This document shows, piece after piece, positions 27,293-37,330 of a DNA stretch of 64,000 nucleotides. Each line of letters starts with the position of its first letter. The stretch's first letter is position 1. This stretch comes from Longimicrobiales bacterium. GTDB lineage: Bacteria; Gemmatimonadota; Gemmatimonadetes; Longimicrobiales; Gaopeijiaceae. The stretch lies in the NCBI GenBank assembly GCA_965204735.1, contig OZ242008.1:512001-576000 (forward strand), written 5' to 3'. The translations under genes were made by a program, and so were the position numbers. The notes beneath the pieces were generated by a model. That model was not told where the DNA came from and searched no databases. It saw only the letters and a program-made list of their open reading frames with translations.

Positions 27293-28228
27293 ATGGACCG
27301 ATCCCTTGCCGCCAAGGCCCAGATCCGAGCCGTTGCCGCCGCGGCGTGCCGGGCTGCGGTCGCGCCCGACGCGAAGGTTCTGGACGTGCGCCCCGTCGGC
27401 GGCGGCTGCATCAATCAGTGCGCGGACGTGCGCACGACGGCAGGGCGGTACTTCCTCAAGGCGAACCCGAGGGCCGATCACGCCTTCTTCGAGGCGGAGG
27501 CCGACGGGCTGGCGGCGCTCTCCCGCTCGGGCGTGGCGAGAACGCCGTCGGTCGTGGGACGAAGCGGCAGGGACGGTCCTGCCGACGGGGCGCCTTGGCT
27601 GCTGCTGGAGTGGATCGAGGAAGGGAGCCGGGGCCGGGCCGACTGGGGTCGGCTGGGACGCGAGCTGGCGGCTCTTCACCGCCGCGGCGCCGCCGGGACG
27701 GAGTGGGGGTGGCACGCCGACAACGTGATCGGGTCGTTGCCCCAGCCCAACGGTCCCGCCGGGTCGTGGCCGCACTTCTGGTCCCGGCGCCGCGTCCTGC
27801 CCCTGGCCCGGGAGCTTCTCGCCGCCGACGCCCTCTCGCCCGACCACTTCCAGGCGATGGAGGAAGCCGCCCGCCGCCTCGACGACCTGATCGGCTCGGC
27901 CGCCGAAGCCGACGGCCCCTCCCTCCTCCACGGCGACCTCTGGTCCGGCAACGTGATCTTCGACCGGCGCGGCGCACCGGTCCTGGTGGACCCGGCGGCG
28001 TACGTCGGACACCGCGAAGTGGACCTTGCCATGACGCGGCTCTTCGGCGGCTTCCCGCCCGCCTTCTACCGCGCGTACGACGAGGCGTGGCCGCCCCTGC
28101 CGGGCCGCGACTCCCGGCTGCCCGCCTACCAGCTCTACCCGCTGCTGGTCCACGCCCGCCTCTTCGGCGGCGGCTACGTGTCGGCGGCGGTGCGCGCCGC
28201 AGAAGCCGTCGCGGCGGGTGCGGGCTGA
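27293..28228 (+). CDS. Fructosamine kinase family protein
   Basis: VGGGCIN, FEAEADGL, LLHGDLWSGN, DPAAYVGHREVDLAM. Confidence 0.93.
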   Translation: MDRSLAAKAQIRAVAAAACRAAVAPDAKVLDVRPVGGGCINQCADVRTTAGRYFLKANPRADHAFFEAEADGLAALSRSGVARTPSVVGRSGRDGPADGAPWLLLEWIEEGSRGRADWGRLGRELAALHRRGAAGTEWGWHADNVIGSLPQPNGPAGSWPHFWSRRRVLPLARELLAADALSPDHFQAMEEAARRLDDLIGSAAEADGPSLLHGDLWSGNVIFDRRGAPVLVDPAAYVGHREVDLAMTRLFGGFPPAFYRAYDEAWPPLPGRDSRLPAYQLYPLLVHARLFGGGYVSAAVRAAEAVAAGAG

Positions 28229-28265
28229 CAGCCGTCGAGGGGCGCCAGCGACCCGGCTGCCCGCG

Positions 28266-28946
28266 CTACCGCCTCACCGCCGCCGCCAGCCCGTCGCCCA
28301 CCGGCAGGATCGTCGCATCGTAGCGCGGGTCCGCGGCCAAGCGCTGGTTGAAGTCGTGGATCAGCGCGGCCCGCTCGTCGCCGCTGCTCTCGGGCGCCAG
28401 CACAAGCCCCTTCCAGAAGGCGTTGTCGGCCATGAGCAGCCCGCCGGGCCGCAGCAGCCGCGCCGCTTCTTCCAAGTAGGCCGCGTAGCGCTCCTTGTCG
28501 GCGTCCAGGAAGACGGCGTCGACGGAGCCGCCGGGACCGATCTCCGCCAACGTCTCGCCCGCGTCGCCCGCCCGCACCTCCACGCGCCCGGCAAGCCCGG
28601 CCGCTTCGACCGAGCGGCGCGCTTGCTCCGCCCGCGCGGGGTCGATCTCCAGCGTCGTCAGCCGCCCGTCGGGGGGCAGTGCGCGGCCGATCCACACGGC
28701 CGAGTACCCGGCAAGCGTTCCCACCTCCACCACGCGCTTCGCCCCGGCCGCTCGCAGCAGAAGCTGGACGGCCCTCGCCGTGGCCGGGGGGAGCTGGATG
28801 CGGGGCAGCCCCGCCGCGTCGGCCCGCCCGCGAATCTCACGCAAGCAGTCGTCCTCCCTTGCGAAGAGCTTCCGGACGTACGCGTCCAGCCCGTCGTGGT
28901 CCAGCGCGGAGGGCGACGGCGCCGCTGCCCCCGTCCCCTCAGCCAC
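28266..28946 (-). CDS. SAM-dependent O-methyltransferase (Methyltransf_3-like)
   Basis: VEVGTLAGYSA, FLDADKERY, LRPGGLLMADN, PVGDGL. Confidence 0.92.
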   Translation of the reverse strand: MAEGTGAAAPSPSALDHDGLDAYVRKLFAREDDCLREIRGRADAAGLPRIQLPPATARAVQLLLRAAGAKRVVEVGTLAGYSAVWIGRALPPDGRLTTLEIDPARAEQARRSVEAAGLAGRVEVRAGDAGETLAEIGPGGSVDAVFLDADKERYAAYLEEAARLLRPGGLLMADNAFWKGLVLAPESSGDERAALIHDFNQRLAADPRYDATILPVGDGLAAAVRR

Positions 28947-30129
28947 CCAGGACCTTCGCCATGCGCCGCACGCCCTCCTCGATCTCCTCGTCCGACGAAG
29001 CGGTGCTCATGCGCGCGTACCGCTCGTCGCCGAACGCCACGCCGGGCACGATCGCCACGCCGGCCTCCTCGAGGATGCGCGTGCACACGTCGCTGGACGT
29101 CCTGACCTGGTCGTCGAAGACGCCGTCCACGCGGAAGTAGAGGTAGAAGGCGCCCTGGGGCATGACGTAGGGGCACCCCGGAAGCAGCTCGTCGAAGAGG
29201 CGCGCCACCAAGTCCCGCCGCCGCCGAAACGCCTCCAGCATGACCGCCTTGTCGGCCGCCCCGGCGTCGCCTCTGGCGAGCCCCTCGAGCGCCGCCACCT
29301 GCGACGGCGTGGCCGCGTTCAGCGACACGTGGCTCTGGAACGCCGACATCTTGCCTGCCAGCGCGGCGCTCGTGTAGGAAAAGCCGACGCGCCAGCCGGT
29401 CATCGCGAACGCCTTGGACATGCCGTTGGTCACCACCAAGTCGCCGACGGTCTCCGGGTCCAAGTCCAGCGCGCCGGGCGCCCGGTCGCCCTCGTCGCCG
29501 TAGTAGATCTCGCGGTAGATCTCGTCGCAGACGAGCGTCACGCCCCGCGACTTCGCCCACGCCGCCACCGCCGCCAGCGCGTCCTTGGAGTAGACGGCGC
29601 CCGTCGGGTTCGACGGCGTGGACAGGATCAAGCCCTTCGACGCGGGCGTGGCCACGGCGTCCAGGTCCTCCGGCGTCAGCAGGAAGTCCCGCTCCTCGGC
29701 GCCCCACGCCAGGACGGGCTCGGCCCGGGCCAGGGTTGCCATCTCCGGGTAGGAGGTCCAGTAGGGCGCCCCGATCAGCACCTCGTCGCCGGGTCCGAAG
29801 AGGCAGAAGCAGGCGTTGAAGAGGGACTGCTTGGCGCCGGCGGAGACGACGACCCGCCCAGGGTCCGCCGGGTACGCGGTGCCTTCGGTCATGTACGCGG
29901 CGGCGGCTTTCCGAAGCTGGGGCGTGCCGCCGGTGGGAGTGTAGCGTGTCTGGCCCTGGCGGATGCCTTCGACTGCTGCGTCGCAGATGCCCACCGGCGT
30001 AGGGAAGTCGGGCTCGCCGGCACTGAGGTTGACGATGTCCCGCCCTTCCGCGGTCAGCTTCTTGGCCAGCGTGCTGACGGCGATGGTGGCCGACGGCTGC
30101 AGCTTGGCGATGTTTTGGGAATAGCTCAT
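28939..30129 (-). CDS. PLP-dependent aminotransferase class I (aspartate aminotransferase-like)
   Basis: AGEPDFPTP, TPSNPTG, CDEIY, NGMSKAFAMTGWRVG; start MSYSQNIAKL at 30129. Confidence 0.93.
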   Translation of the reverse strand: MSYSQNIAKLQPSATIAVSTLAKKLTAEGRDIVNLSAGEPDFPTPVGICDAAVEGIRQGQTRYTPTGGTPQLRKAAAAYMTEGTAYPADPGRVVVSAGAKQSLFNACFCLFGPGDEVLIGAPYWTSYPEMATLARAEPVLAWGAEERDFLLTPEDLDAVATPASKGLILSTPSNPTGAVYSKDALAAVAAWAKSRGVTLVCDEIYREIYYGDEGDRAPGALDLDPETVGDLVVTNGMSKAFAMTGWRVGFSYTSAALAGKMSAFQSHVSLNAATPSQVAALEGLARGDAGAADKAVMLEAFRRRRDLVARLFDELLPGCPYVMPQGAFYLYFRVDGVFDDQVRTSSDVCTRILEEAGVAIVPGVAFGDERYARMSTASSDEEIEEGVRRMAKVLGG

Positions 30130-30287
30130 TCGTGCGTATCCTCTTTGACGGGAGAGCGCGTGCGCCTGCCCCCGCCGCGACGACGAGGACCGTCGGAGAT
30201 TGCCTCCGATCGGCGGCGTTCGCAACCGGGGCGCCAAGCCAATGCGCCGCTCCCGTCGGAAGTCCTTGCTTGCAAGCTGGAGTCCCG

Positions 30288-30899
30288 TTGCTCTCCCAAG
30301 ACCCCATCTTCTTCTACGACTTCGTGGACCCGGCGTCGTACCTGGTCGGCCGCGTCTTGGACGACCTGGGGGCCGCGGAGGACGTGGAGTGGCGCGGGTT
30401 CGAAGTGCGCCCGCCGCCCCAGCCGATGATCGACCCCTGCGAGGGTCGATGGGCGGCCTACCAGGCGCGCATGATCGAACGCGCGGCGTCGATGGGCGTT
30501 TCCATGGCCGCGCCGGAGTTCGTGCCCTGGACCCGCAAGGCCCACGAGCTGGTCGAGCTTGCCGGCGAGAAGGGGAGTCGAGACGTCGTGCGACGGGCGC
30601 TCTTCCGCGCCCACTTCGTCGACCGGATCGACATCGGGCGCGTAGACTTGCTGGCCGGCGTGGCGGTCGAGGCGGGACTGGACGGCGGCGAAGCGCTGGC
30701 CGCGCTGGGCGTGGACCGACTGGCGGACGCGGTGGCGGCGTCGCGCGCCGCGGCCGAAGCGCGGGACGTGGCCGGGGTGCCCGTGCTGCTCTCCGGCGCC
30801 TGTCGGCTGGAAGGGCTGCGGTCCCGTAGCGAAGTTGCACGATGGCTGGAGGGCGTCGCGCCGGCGCGGAAACCGACCGGACCACAACCACGGACGTAG
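30288..30899 (+). CDS. DsbA/FrnE-like thioredoxin-fold protein
   Basis: FFYDFVDPASY, TRKAHEL, LFRAHF, VAGVP; no CxxC; start uncertain. Confidence 0.7.
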   Translation: MLSQDPIFFYDFVDPASYLVGRVLDDLGAAEDVEWRGFEVRPPPQPMIDPCEGRWAAYQARMIERAASMGVSMAAPEFVPWTRKAHELVELAGEKGSRDVVRRALFRAHFVDRIDIGRVDLLAGVAVEAGLDGGEALAALGVDRLADAVAASRAAAEARDVAGVPVLLSGACRLEGLRSRSEVARWLEGVAPARKPTGPQPRT

Positions 30900-30919
30900 A
30901 CAGGAGCAGGCCCACCCAA

Positions 30920-31222
30920 ATGGCAGGATACCAGCGAAAGACCGCCTTCGGACCCGACGAGGTGCTGGAGATGGCGGACACGCACCTTCCCGAGTTCATC
31001 GGCCTCAAGAAGTCGCGCCAGTCCTCCCACGGGGCGACCTACACGGGCGAAGAGGGGACCGTGGTGCTGTCGGTGCACCGCCACGGCCCGTACACGGAGG
31101 TCGTCGCCGAGACCGACCGGTTGCGGACTTCCCGGATCGACTACGAGATGCAGCGCTTCCTCAACGCGCTGCCGTACGAGCCCGGCGACGCCGGCGGACC
31201 AGGGTCCGGCGACCCTGTCTAG
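30920..31222 (+). CDS. Hypothetical protein, 100 aa
   Basis: MAGYQRKTAFGPDEVLEMAD...; AGGAG upstream; genome-like codon usage. Confidence 0.7.
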   Translation: MAGYQRKTAFGPDEVLEMADTHLPEFIGLKKSRQSSHGATYTGEEGTVVLSVHRHGPYTEVVAETDRLRTSRIDYEMQRFLNALPYEPGDAGGPGSGDPV

Positions 31223-31253
31223 GGACCTCCCGGAGCCGGGCCGGCGCCTCCCG

Positions 31254-33050
31254 GTGGCAGGCGCCGAGACGTCGTTCGACGACCTTCCCCTTGGCCCCGA
31301 GACGGTCGCGGCCCTTGCCGCGGAGGGGATCGAGAGGCCGACCGCCTTCCAAGCGGCGGCGATCCCGGTGATCGCCCGCGGCCACGACCTGATCGGGCGC
31401 GCCGGACCGGGCAGCGGAGCGATGGTGGCCTACGGCGCGGCCCTGGTGGACCGGCTCGAGGGCGGCGCCGGCGCCCCCGCGTGCGTGGTGCTCTGCAGCG
31501 GCTCGAGGCAGGCCACCGAACTGGCCCGATCCTTCGCGCGCATCTGCGAAGGCGCCGGTCACCGGGTCGCGGCCCTGGCGGAGAGCTGGCGGCGGCCCGA
31601 GACGGCCGACTTCCTCTTCGTCCCGGCCGAGCGCTTCAAGGCCCTCTACGACGGCTCGGTGGAGACCGGGGGAGTCGAGGCGGTCGTCTTCCACGACGGG
31701 GACGGCGTGGTCGCGGCGGTGCCGGCCGACCGCCTCGAAGTCTTCCTCGCGAGCCTTCCCAAGGAGTGTCAGCGCGTCTTCTGCGGCTTGCCCTTCGGCC
31801 GGGAGCTGACTTCGCTGGCGCGCCGCTTTGCCCGACGCGCGGCCACGGTGCCCTCTGCGCGGGCCGCGCCGCCCGCGCCCTCGGACCGGGAGCTGCACTT
31901 GGCGGTGCTGGAGGGAAGCCGGGCGGAATCGGCGCTGGCGGTCGCGGTCCGCCTGCTGGAGGACGACTCCGCGCGGCACGTGCTGGTGTTCGCCGAATCG
32001 GCGGATCAAGCGGCCGACCTGGGCGACTTCCTGACGCTGCACGGCTACGCCGGCGGCGCCCCTGGAGACGAAGCCGCGCCCGTCTGGCTATCGCCCGGCG
32101 AAGACGCGGAAGCGGCGGCGGCCCTGGCGGCCGCCCCCGAGCCCCGGGCGGTGGCCACGCTGTCGGCGGCGCCGCCCCCTTCCGCCGCCGCCGCCGCGGT
32201 CCGGCACTCGGAGGGCGGCCCCGCCTGGACGCTGGCCTCGGTGCGCCAGCTGGGGCACCTGAAGGAGGTCGCCGCCGGCGCGGGATTGCGGCTCCGTCGG
32301 GCGCGCCCCGCCCGTCCGCGCAGGGTTTCGGCCGCCCTGGACGAGCTGGCGGACGCCGTTCACGAGGCGGCCCGGGCGCCCGAAGCGGCGGCCTACTACC
32401 TGCTCGTGGAGTCGCTGGCCGACCGCTTCAGCGGGGCCGAAGTCGCGGCCGCGGCTCTGCTCCTGCTGGACAGGGAGCGGTCGCAGCGCCCAGCGCCGGC
32501 GGGACGGAAGAGCGACGCGGCCGGGGCGCCGCCGAGCTGGGTGCGCCTCTTCCTGTCGGCGGGAGAGCGGGACGGGCTGGGGCCCGGCGAGATCCTGGGC
32601 GCGGTGGCCGGCGAGTCGGGCGTGGACGGGAAGCGGATCGGACGCATCGACGTCCGGGAGAGCCACAGCCTGGTGGAAGTGCGGCAAGAGGACGCCAAGA
32701 ACGTGATCTCCGCCTTGAACGGGACCACGCTGGGCGGCCGGGCGCTCCGTGTGGACTACGACCGTGGGAAGGACCACCGGCGAGGCGGCCCGCAGCGACC
32801 TGGCCCAACCGGCGAGCGAGCCGGAGCGGGCCGCCGGTTCGCGGCGAAGGGCGCGAAGGGACCGAAGGGCCGCAACGGTCCGGGGCGCCCGCGGGGTCCG
32901 GGGCGCTCGCAGGGATCGGGTCGCCCGCCGGGGCCGGGGCACCCGCCGGGATCGGGTCGCTCGCAGGGTCCGGGTCGCCCGCAGGGTCGCCCGAAACGAC
33001 CGTCGGGCGGGTTCAGGGGCAAGCCGTCCGGCGGTCGCGACGAGAGGTAG
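31254..33050 (+). CDS. Degenerate DEAD-box-like protein with DbpA RNA-binding domain and Gly/Arg/Pro tail
   Basis: Q-motif FDDLPL...PTAFQ retained; Walker A reads AGPGSGAM, DEAD position reads FHDGD; C-terminal WVRLFLSAGERDG...IGRIDVRESHSLVEV is DbpA-like. Confidence 0.75.
   Translation: MAGAETSFDDLPLGPETVAALAAEGIERPTAFQAAAIPVIARGHDLIGRAGPGSGAMVAYGAALVDRLEGGAGAPACVVLCSGSRQATELARSFARICEGAGHRVAALAESWRRPETADFLFVPAERFKALYDGSVETGGVEAVVFHDGDGVVAAVPADRLEVFLASLPKECQRVFCGLPFGRELTSLARRFARRAATVPSARAAPPAPSDRELHLAVLEGSRAESALAVAVRLLEDDSARHVLVFAESADQAADLGDFLTLHGYAGGAPGDEAAPVWLSPGEDAEAAAALAAAPEPRAVATLSAAPPPSAAAAAVRHSEGGPAWTLASVRQLGHLKEVAAGAGLRLRRARPARPRRVSAALDELADAVHEAARAPEAAAYYLLVESLADRFSGAEVAAAALLLLDRERSQRPAPAGRKSDAAGAPPSWVRLFLSAGERDGLGPGEILGAVAGESGVDGKRIGRIDVRESHSLVEVRQEDAKNVISALNGTTLGGRALRVDYDRGKDHRRGGPQRPGPTGERAGAGRRFAAKGAKGPKGRNGPGRPRGPGRSQGSGRPPGPGHPPGSGRSQGPGRPQGRPKRPSGGFRGKPSGGRDER
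32880..32987. repeat. Six 18-bp in-frame tandem repeats (PGRPRG/SGRSQG-like)
   Basis: Units at 32880, 32898, 32916, 32934, 32952, 32970. Confidence 0.85.
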
Positions 33051-33157
33051 GTCCGGCCCAGGGAACGAGTCGGACCCGGTCGGCCCGTTGCGTCCGATGG
33101 GTCGGCCCGCAGGTCGTCCCGCGTCGCGTCCTACGGTCGGGACCGCCGGGGGCGGGG

Positions 33158-33361
33158 TCAGGCCGCCGCGTCCCTCCGCCGCTTGAACACCCGGTAGACG
33201 ACGAACCCGACCACCAGGAAGAGCCCCACCTTGAAGGCGAGGGCCACGAAGCCGACCAGCGCCCCAAGGAGGGGCACGACCACGGCGGCCAGGAGCTTGA
33301 GCACCAGAATGGCGGCGGCGCCGCTCAGGGCCACCGCGCCGAAAGCCTTTGCGAACTGCAT
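33158..33361 (-). CDS. Small membrane protein, 67 aa
   Basis: AGGAGG RBS; MQFAKAFGAVALSG... two hydrophobic helices, basic tail. Confidence 0.75.
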   Translation of the reverse strand: MQFAKAFGAVALSGAAAILVLKLLAAVVVPLLGALVGFVALAFKVGLFLVVGFVVYRVFKRRRDAAA

Positions 33362-33366
33362 CCCCG

Positions 33367-35796
33367 CTACCTCCTGAATCTGTAGGACATCTTCACGAAC
33401 AACCCGTCCGCCTCCGAACGCATGTCTCGGAACCGCAGCCGGTCCATGTCGGCCATCTGCCGGGAGTAGCCGACGAAGAACAAGGTCCCCGGCGTCGGTT
33501 CGTAGCTCAGCAGCGCCTCGACCGAGAAGTCGTGGGCCTCGGAGCCCTCCAGCGCGCTGCACGAGTCGCTGGAGCAGTAAGCTAACGGCCGGCCCTCGCC
33601 CGGGGTCAGGAGCCGTCCTCGGCGCTGGCTGGCGTACTCGGCGATCCCCCGCAGGAAGAGGGAGCGGCTGAACTGGTACTGGAGCCGCACCCGCGGAATC
33701 GTCGCCCTGGAGTAAAGCGAGCCGTCGCGCTTCCTCTTCAGCTCCGTGTGGCGAACCCCGAGCTCGGCCCGAAGGTGCGTCGTGGGGAAGAGGTCGAGGC
33801 TGATCTGGCCGGACCACGAGTCGGCCACGTCCACCGGCGTTCCGGTGCGGAAGTCGAAGAGGGGGGTTTCCGACCGGGTCGCGCGGATGTTGCCCCGTGC
33901 CTGGTCGAAGGCGTTGAGCCAGAGGAAGAGCGTGCCCGACTGAAGTCCGCGGAAGATCGACTGGTTGGGGAAGAAAGCCTCTCCCGGACCGCTGCTCCCG
34001 GCAACGGTCAGGCCCTCGTACTCGGCCCGGCCGAAGTCGTAGAACGAGAGGCCGTAGTTCCCCCACAAGGTGACGTTTCCCCGGAACGACACGCTCCCGC
34101 CCAAGCGCACCGAAGCCTCCTCGACCCGCCTCATCGCCCAGAAGTCGTCGTGGTCCCAGAAGCCGTCGAACTCCAGGCTCGGACCCCAGCGCTCGATCAG
34201 CTCTCCCGGTCGGCCCCGAAAGTCGTAGGAAGCCCGGGACTGGACCTGGGCCGCCCCGCTTCGGCGAATGAACCCGCTTCCGGCCCGAAATCCGTTGCTG
34301 ACGTCGTTGACGGTCGCGCCGAGCTGGAAGTTGCGTCCGGAGCGGTTGAGCTGGGCCGAGAGCAGCCCGCCGCCGGTCGCGCCGGCCTCGCCTTCGGCTG
34401 TCCGACTGCCGGCCGCCAGCAGCGTCAGCGTGTACCGCGGAGTGATCTGGAACCTTCCGTCCAGCCCGGCCACCCGGTTGTAGCGGCGCCGGTCGCGGGT
34501 CCGGTCGGTGTAGACGACGCCGATGTTCGAAGCGCTCCCGACGTCGCGCCGCAAGCGGAAGAGGTTGACCACCGGGTTGGCCGTGCCGTCGGGCGCGTCC
34601 GAGTCGGCCACGGCGTCCACCGCCCCCAGATACCCGGCGTTGAAGCTGCCGAGCTTGCCGGTGAGCTTGGCCCCCGCCACCGGATTCACGATCGAGCGGG
34701 TGTAGACCAGCTGCCGGGGCAGTCGGAAGATCTCGGTTCCTTCCAGAAAGAAGGGGCGCTTCTCCTGAAGGAAGAGGGCGAAGCGCTCGTTGACGGCGAT
34801 CTGCCCCGCGTCCGCCTCCACCTGGGAGAAGTCCGGGTTGTAGGTCCCGTCCAGGGTCAGGTTGGAGGTGATCCCGTAGGTCAAGTTGACTCCGAAGTCG
34901 CCTGCGGTCCCGCCCCGGCGAAGCGCGCCCAGCTCGTCGTCCCAGCGACCCTGCTTGCTGAGGGTCTGAACCGGGTTCACCTCCAGAAAGAGCCCCGGAT
35001 CCAGCTCCCGGAGCCCGGTGAGCTTGCCGAACTGCTCCATCCGGTTGGCCACGTTGCGGGTGACCGGCGCCCACGACTGGGAGTAGCCGTTGCGGGCGAT
35101 GCGGCGTTCGACCTGCAACCCCCAGTCCTGAACGGGGACTTCCCGGAAGCGGATGCTCTTGAAGGGCAGCTTGACTTCCACCGAGTAGCCCCACTCGTGG
35201 AGACGCCCGCCCGAGTCCCACACGAAGTCCGGGTTCCAGTCTATGGGCGGGCCGAAGCGCCGCCCTCGCCCGCTGCCGCCCCCGACGACCCAAAGGCCGT
35301 CCTGCTGGACGCCGTAGGGGTTGACCATCACCACGTACCCCCGTCGCCGGTCGTCGAAGGTGTCCAGGACGAGGCGCACGTAGTCGTCGGAGCGCGCGAA
35401 CGAGTCGCGCTCGCTCAGCGTGGCGCGCGGACCCCCGGGCACGTCGTCGTAGGCGCTGATCCCGAAGTAGAGCGCGTCGTCGGTGACCAGGATGCGCGCT
35501 TCGGTGCGCTGCGTGGCCGCGACGCCCTCCACCGGGTCGAACTGGGTGAAGCCGGTGAGGATGGGAGCGTCAGCCCAGGCGGCTTCGTCGAGCTCCCCGT
35601 CCACGGCGATGCCCGGGTCGGCCGTCCAAGGGCTGGGGACCGCGAGGCCGCCGGCGCTGCCGTCGTAGACGACGGGCTCGGTGGGCGCGTCGCCGTCGTT
35701 GCCCGCGCCGGGGCCGTCGCCGGCTTGCACGACCTGGGCGGGGGATGCGTGGCCGGCGGCTGCGGCGACCGCGATCAGGGAGAGAAGTCCTGTCAC
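33367..35796 (-). CDS. CBM9-like/DUF5916 outer-membrane protein
   Basis: Signal-like N-terminus, VDGELDEAAW, LDTFDDRR, YNPDFSQVEAD, FLQEKRPFFLEG, C-terminal FVKMSYRF. Confidence 0.88.
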   Translation of the reverse strand: MTGLLSLIAVAAAAGHASPAQVVQAGDGPGAGNDGDAPTEPVVYDGSAGGLAVPSPWTADPGIAVDGELDEAAWADAPILTGFTQFDPVEGVAATQRTEARILVTDDALYFGISAYDDVPGGPRATLSERDSFARSDDYVRLVLDTFDDRRRGYVVMVNPYGVQQDGLWVVGGGSGRGRRFGPPIDWNPDFVWDSGGRLHEWGYSVEVKLPFKSIRFREVPVQDWGLQVERRIARNGYSQSWAPVTRNVANRMEQFGKLTGLRELDPGLFLEVNPVQTLSKQGRWDDELGALRRGGTAGDFGVNLTYGITSNLTLDGTYNPDFSQVEADAGQIAVNERFALFLQEKRPFFLEGTEIFRLPRQLVYTRSIVNPVAGAKLTGKLGSFNAGYLGAVDAVADSDAPDGTANPVVNLFRLRRDVGSASNIGVVYTDRTRDRRRYNRVAGLDGRFQITPRYTLTLLAAGSRTAEGEAGATGGGLLSAQLNRSGRNFQLGATVNDVSNGFRAGSGFIRRSGAAQVQSRASYDFRGRPGELIERWGPSLEFDGFWDHDDFWAMRRVEEASVRLGGSVSFRGNVTLWGNYGLSFYDFGRAEYEGLTVAGSSGPGEAFFPNQSIFRGLQSGTLFLWLNAFDQARGNIRATRSETPLFDFRTGTPVDVADSWSGQISLDLFPTTHLRAELGVRHTELKRKRDGSLYSRATIPRVRLQYQFSRSLFLRGIAEYASQRRGRLLTPGEGRPLAYCSSDSCSALEGSEAHDFSVEALLSYEPTPGTLFFVGYSRQMADMDRLRFRDMRSEADGLFVKMSYRFRR

Positions 35797-35972
35797 TTTT
35801 CCTTCGAGCCTGCTATTTCGTGGAGCCGGCCCCGTGCCGGGCGCGGGACGCGCGTGCGGGTCGGCAAGACGAGGACGCGTGCGGGCCGGCAAGACGAACG
35901 CGGCCGACACTTGAAGACACTTCCGGGTCCCTGGCCGTTGAGGCTCGGGTCCCCTGCCGTCGAGGCTTGAAG

Positions 35973-37310
35973 ATGGCCCACTACAACGCTCGCGAGAAGC
36001 GGGAGCTTCGGAAGCGGATCGCCCGGGGCGACGTCGCGCCCCCGTGCCCCCGTTGCGGCGGCCCGTGCGCCGTCGTGCGCGGGGGACCTCGCCGGGACGT
36101 GCCCTACGTGCGGAACCGGGTGGTGGCCCGGTGCGGGGCGTGCCGGTGCAGCGTGGCCGTGGAGTCGGGAGGGCGTGGGGCGTGGGACGGGGCGGCGCAG
36201 GCGCTCGCCGGCTGGGCGCTCGCGGCGGCGGCGTGGGCGGCCCCGTCGCCGGCGTGGGGGCAGTCGAGCGCAGAGGCTGCGACCTCCTGCGGCTCCCGGG
36301 AGGGTCTAGCGGCTTGCGCCCCGGCCCCGGGGGCCCAGGGGTGGGCGGTTTCGACTGCTGGCGTCGCCCTCGGGCACCCCTTCGCGGCGGGCGACGGAGA
36401 AGCGGCGGTGGGCGCCACGCCCTTGGCGCTGGAGCTGCCCGTCGGCGCCCGGGCCGTCGCCCTGGGCGGCGCCTTCTGGACCAGCGGCGCCGACGCCGGC
36501 GCGATCTTCCACCACCCGTCGCTCCTGGCCGGCGCCAGCTTCGGCGCAACCTACCAGCGCTTCCGCGCCCCTTCGGCCTCGGCGGGCGCCGTGAGCTTCC
36601 TGTCGGCCGCCGGCAGCGGCGAGTGGCTGGGCGGCGTCGCAGGAGTCGGCGTGGCGTTCGTGGAGCACGGCGCGCGCGGGGACGCCCACGGGGCTTGGCC
36701 CGGCGCGGCGGCGGAGCCCGGGGGCGGCGGCGCGGCGGCCGCCTCGGCGTACGTGGCGTCCGTCGGGTTCGCCAGGGAGCTCGCGGGCTTCACCGTCGGG
36801 GGAGCGGCGAAGGTGGTCGGCCTGCGCGTGGGCGCGGCGAAGGGCTCGACCGGGGCGGTCGACATGGGGGCGAGCCGGGAGGTGGGAGCCGCCACGGTGG
36901 CCCTGACCGTGCAGAACGTGGGGCCGGACCTGCGGATGGGAGGCGAGGACGGCCGGACGGAGCCCCTTGCCGCCCGGGTCGTGGTGGGGATCGGCGCGGG
37001 GAGGACTCCCGTGGGGCCGCTCGACGTGGGGGGCGCCGTGCAGGCGGTGCGCACCGGCGGGGGCGAAGTGGCGGCGGGGGGAGGCGTGGAGGTCGCATGG
37101 TGGCCGGTCCTCCGGCGCGTCTTCGTCGCTCGCGCGGGCCTGGCGCGGGTGCCCGACCAGGTGCACGGCGCCTTCCACGAAATCTCCTTGGGCGGCGGCT
37201 TCGAAGGAGACCGCATCCGCCTCGACTACGCCTACCGGCGCCACGGTCCCCGCGAGGACGGATGTGCGCCGGCGACCGTTTCCCACACCTTCGGCATCTC
37301 CTTCCGGTAG
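35973..37310 (+). CDS. Zn-ribbon N-terminus in frame with a PorV/PorQ-like beta-barrel protein
   Basis: CPRC...CGAC, then signal-like ALAGWALAAAAWAAPSPAWGQ, LELPVGARAVALGGA, IFHHPS, RLDYAY, HTFGISF. Confidence 0.6.
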   Translation: MAHYNAREKRELRKRIARGDVAPPCPRCGGPCAVVRGGPRRDVPYVRNRVVARCGACRCSVAVESGGRGAWDGAAQALAGWALAAAAWAAPSPAWGQSSAEAATSCGSREGLAACAPAPGAQGWAVSTAGVALGHPFAAGDGEAAVGATPLALELPVGARAVALGGAFWTSGADAGAIFHHPSLLAGASFGATYQRFRAPSASAGAVSFLSAAGSGEWLGGVAGVGVAFVEHGARGDAHGAWPGAAAEPGGGGAAAASAYVASVGFARELAGFTVGGAAKVVGLRVGAAKGSTGAVDMGASREVGAATVALTVQNVGPDLRMGGEDGRTEPLAARVVVGIGAGRTPVGPLDVGGAVQAVRTGGGEVAAGGGVEVAWWPVLRRVFVARAGLARVPDQVHGAFHEISLGGGFEGDRIRLDYAYRRHGPREDGCAPATVSHTFGISFR

Positions 37311-37330
37311 GTCGGTGCTCCGCGCTCCGG

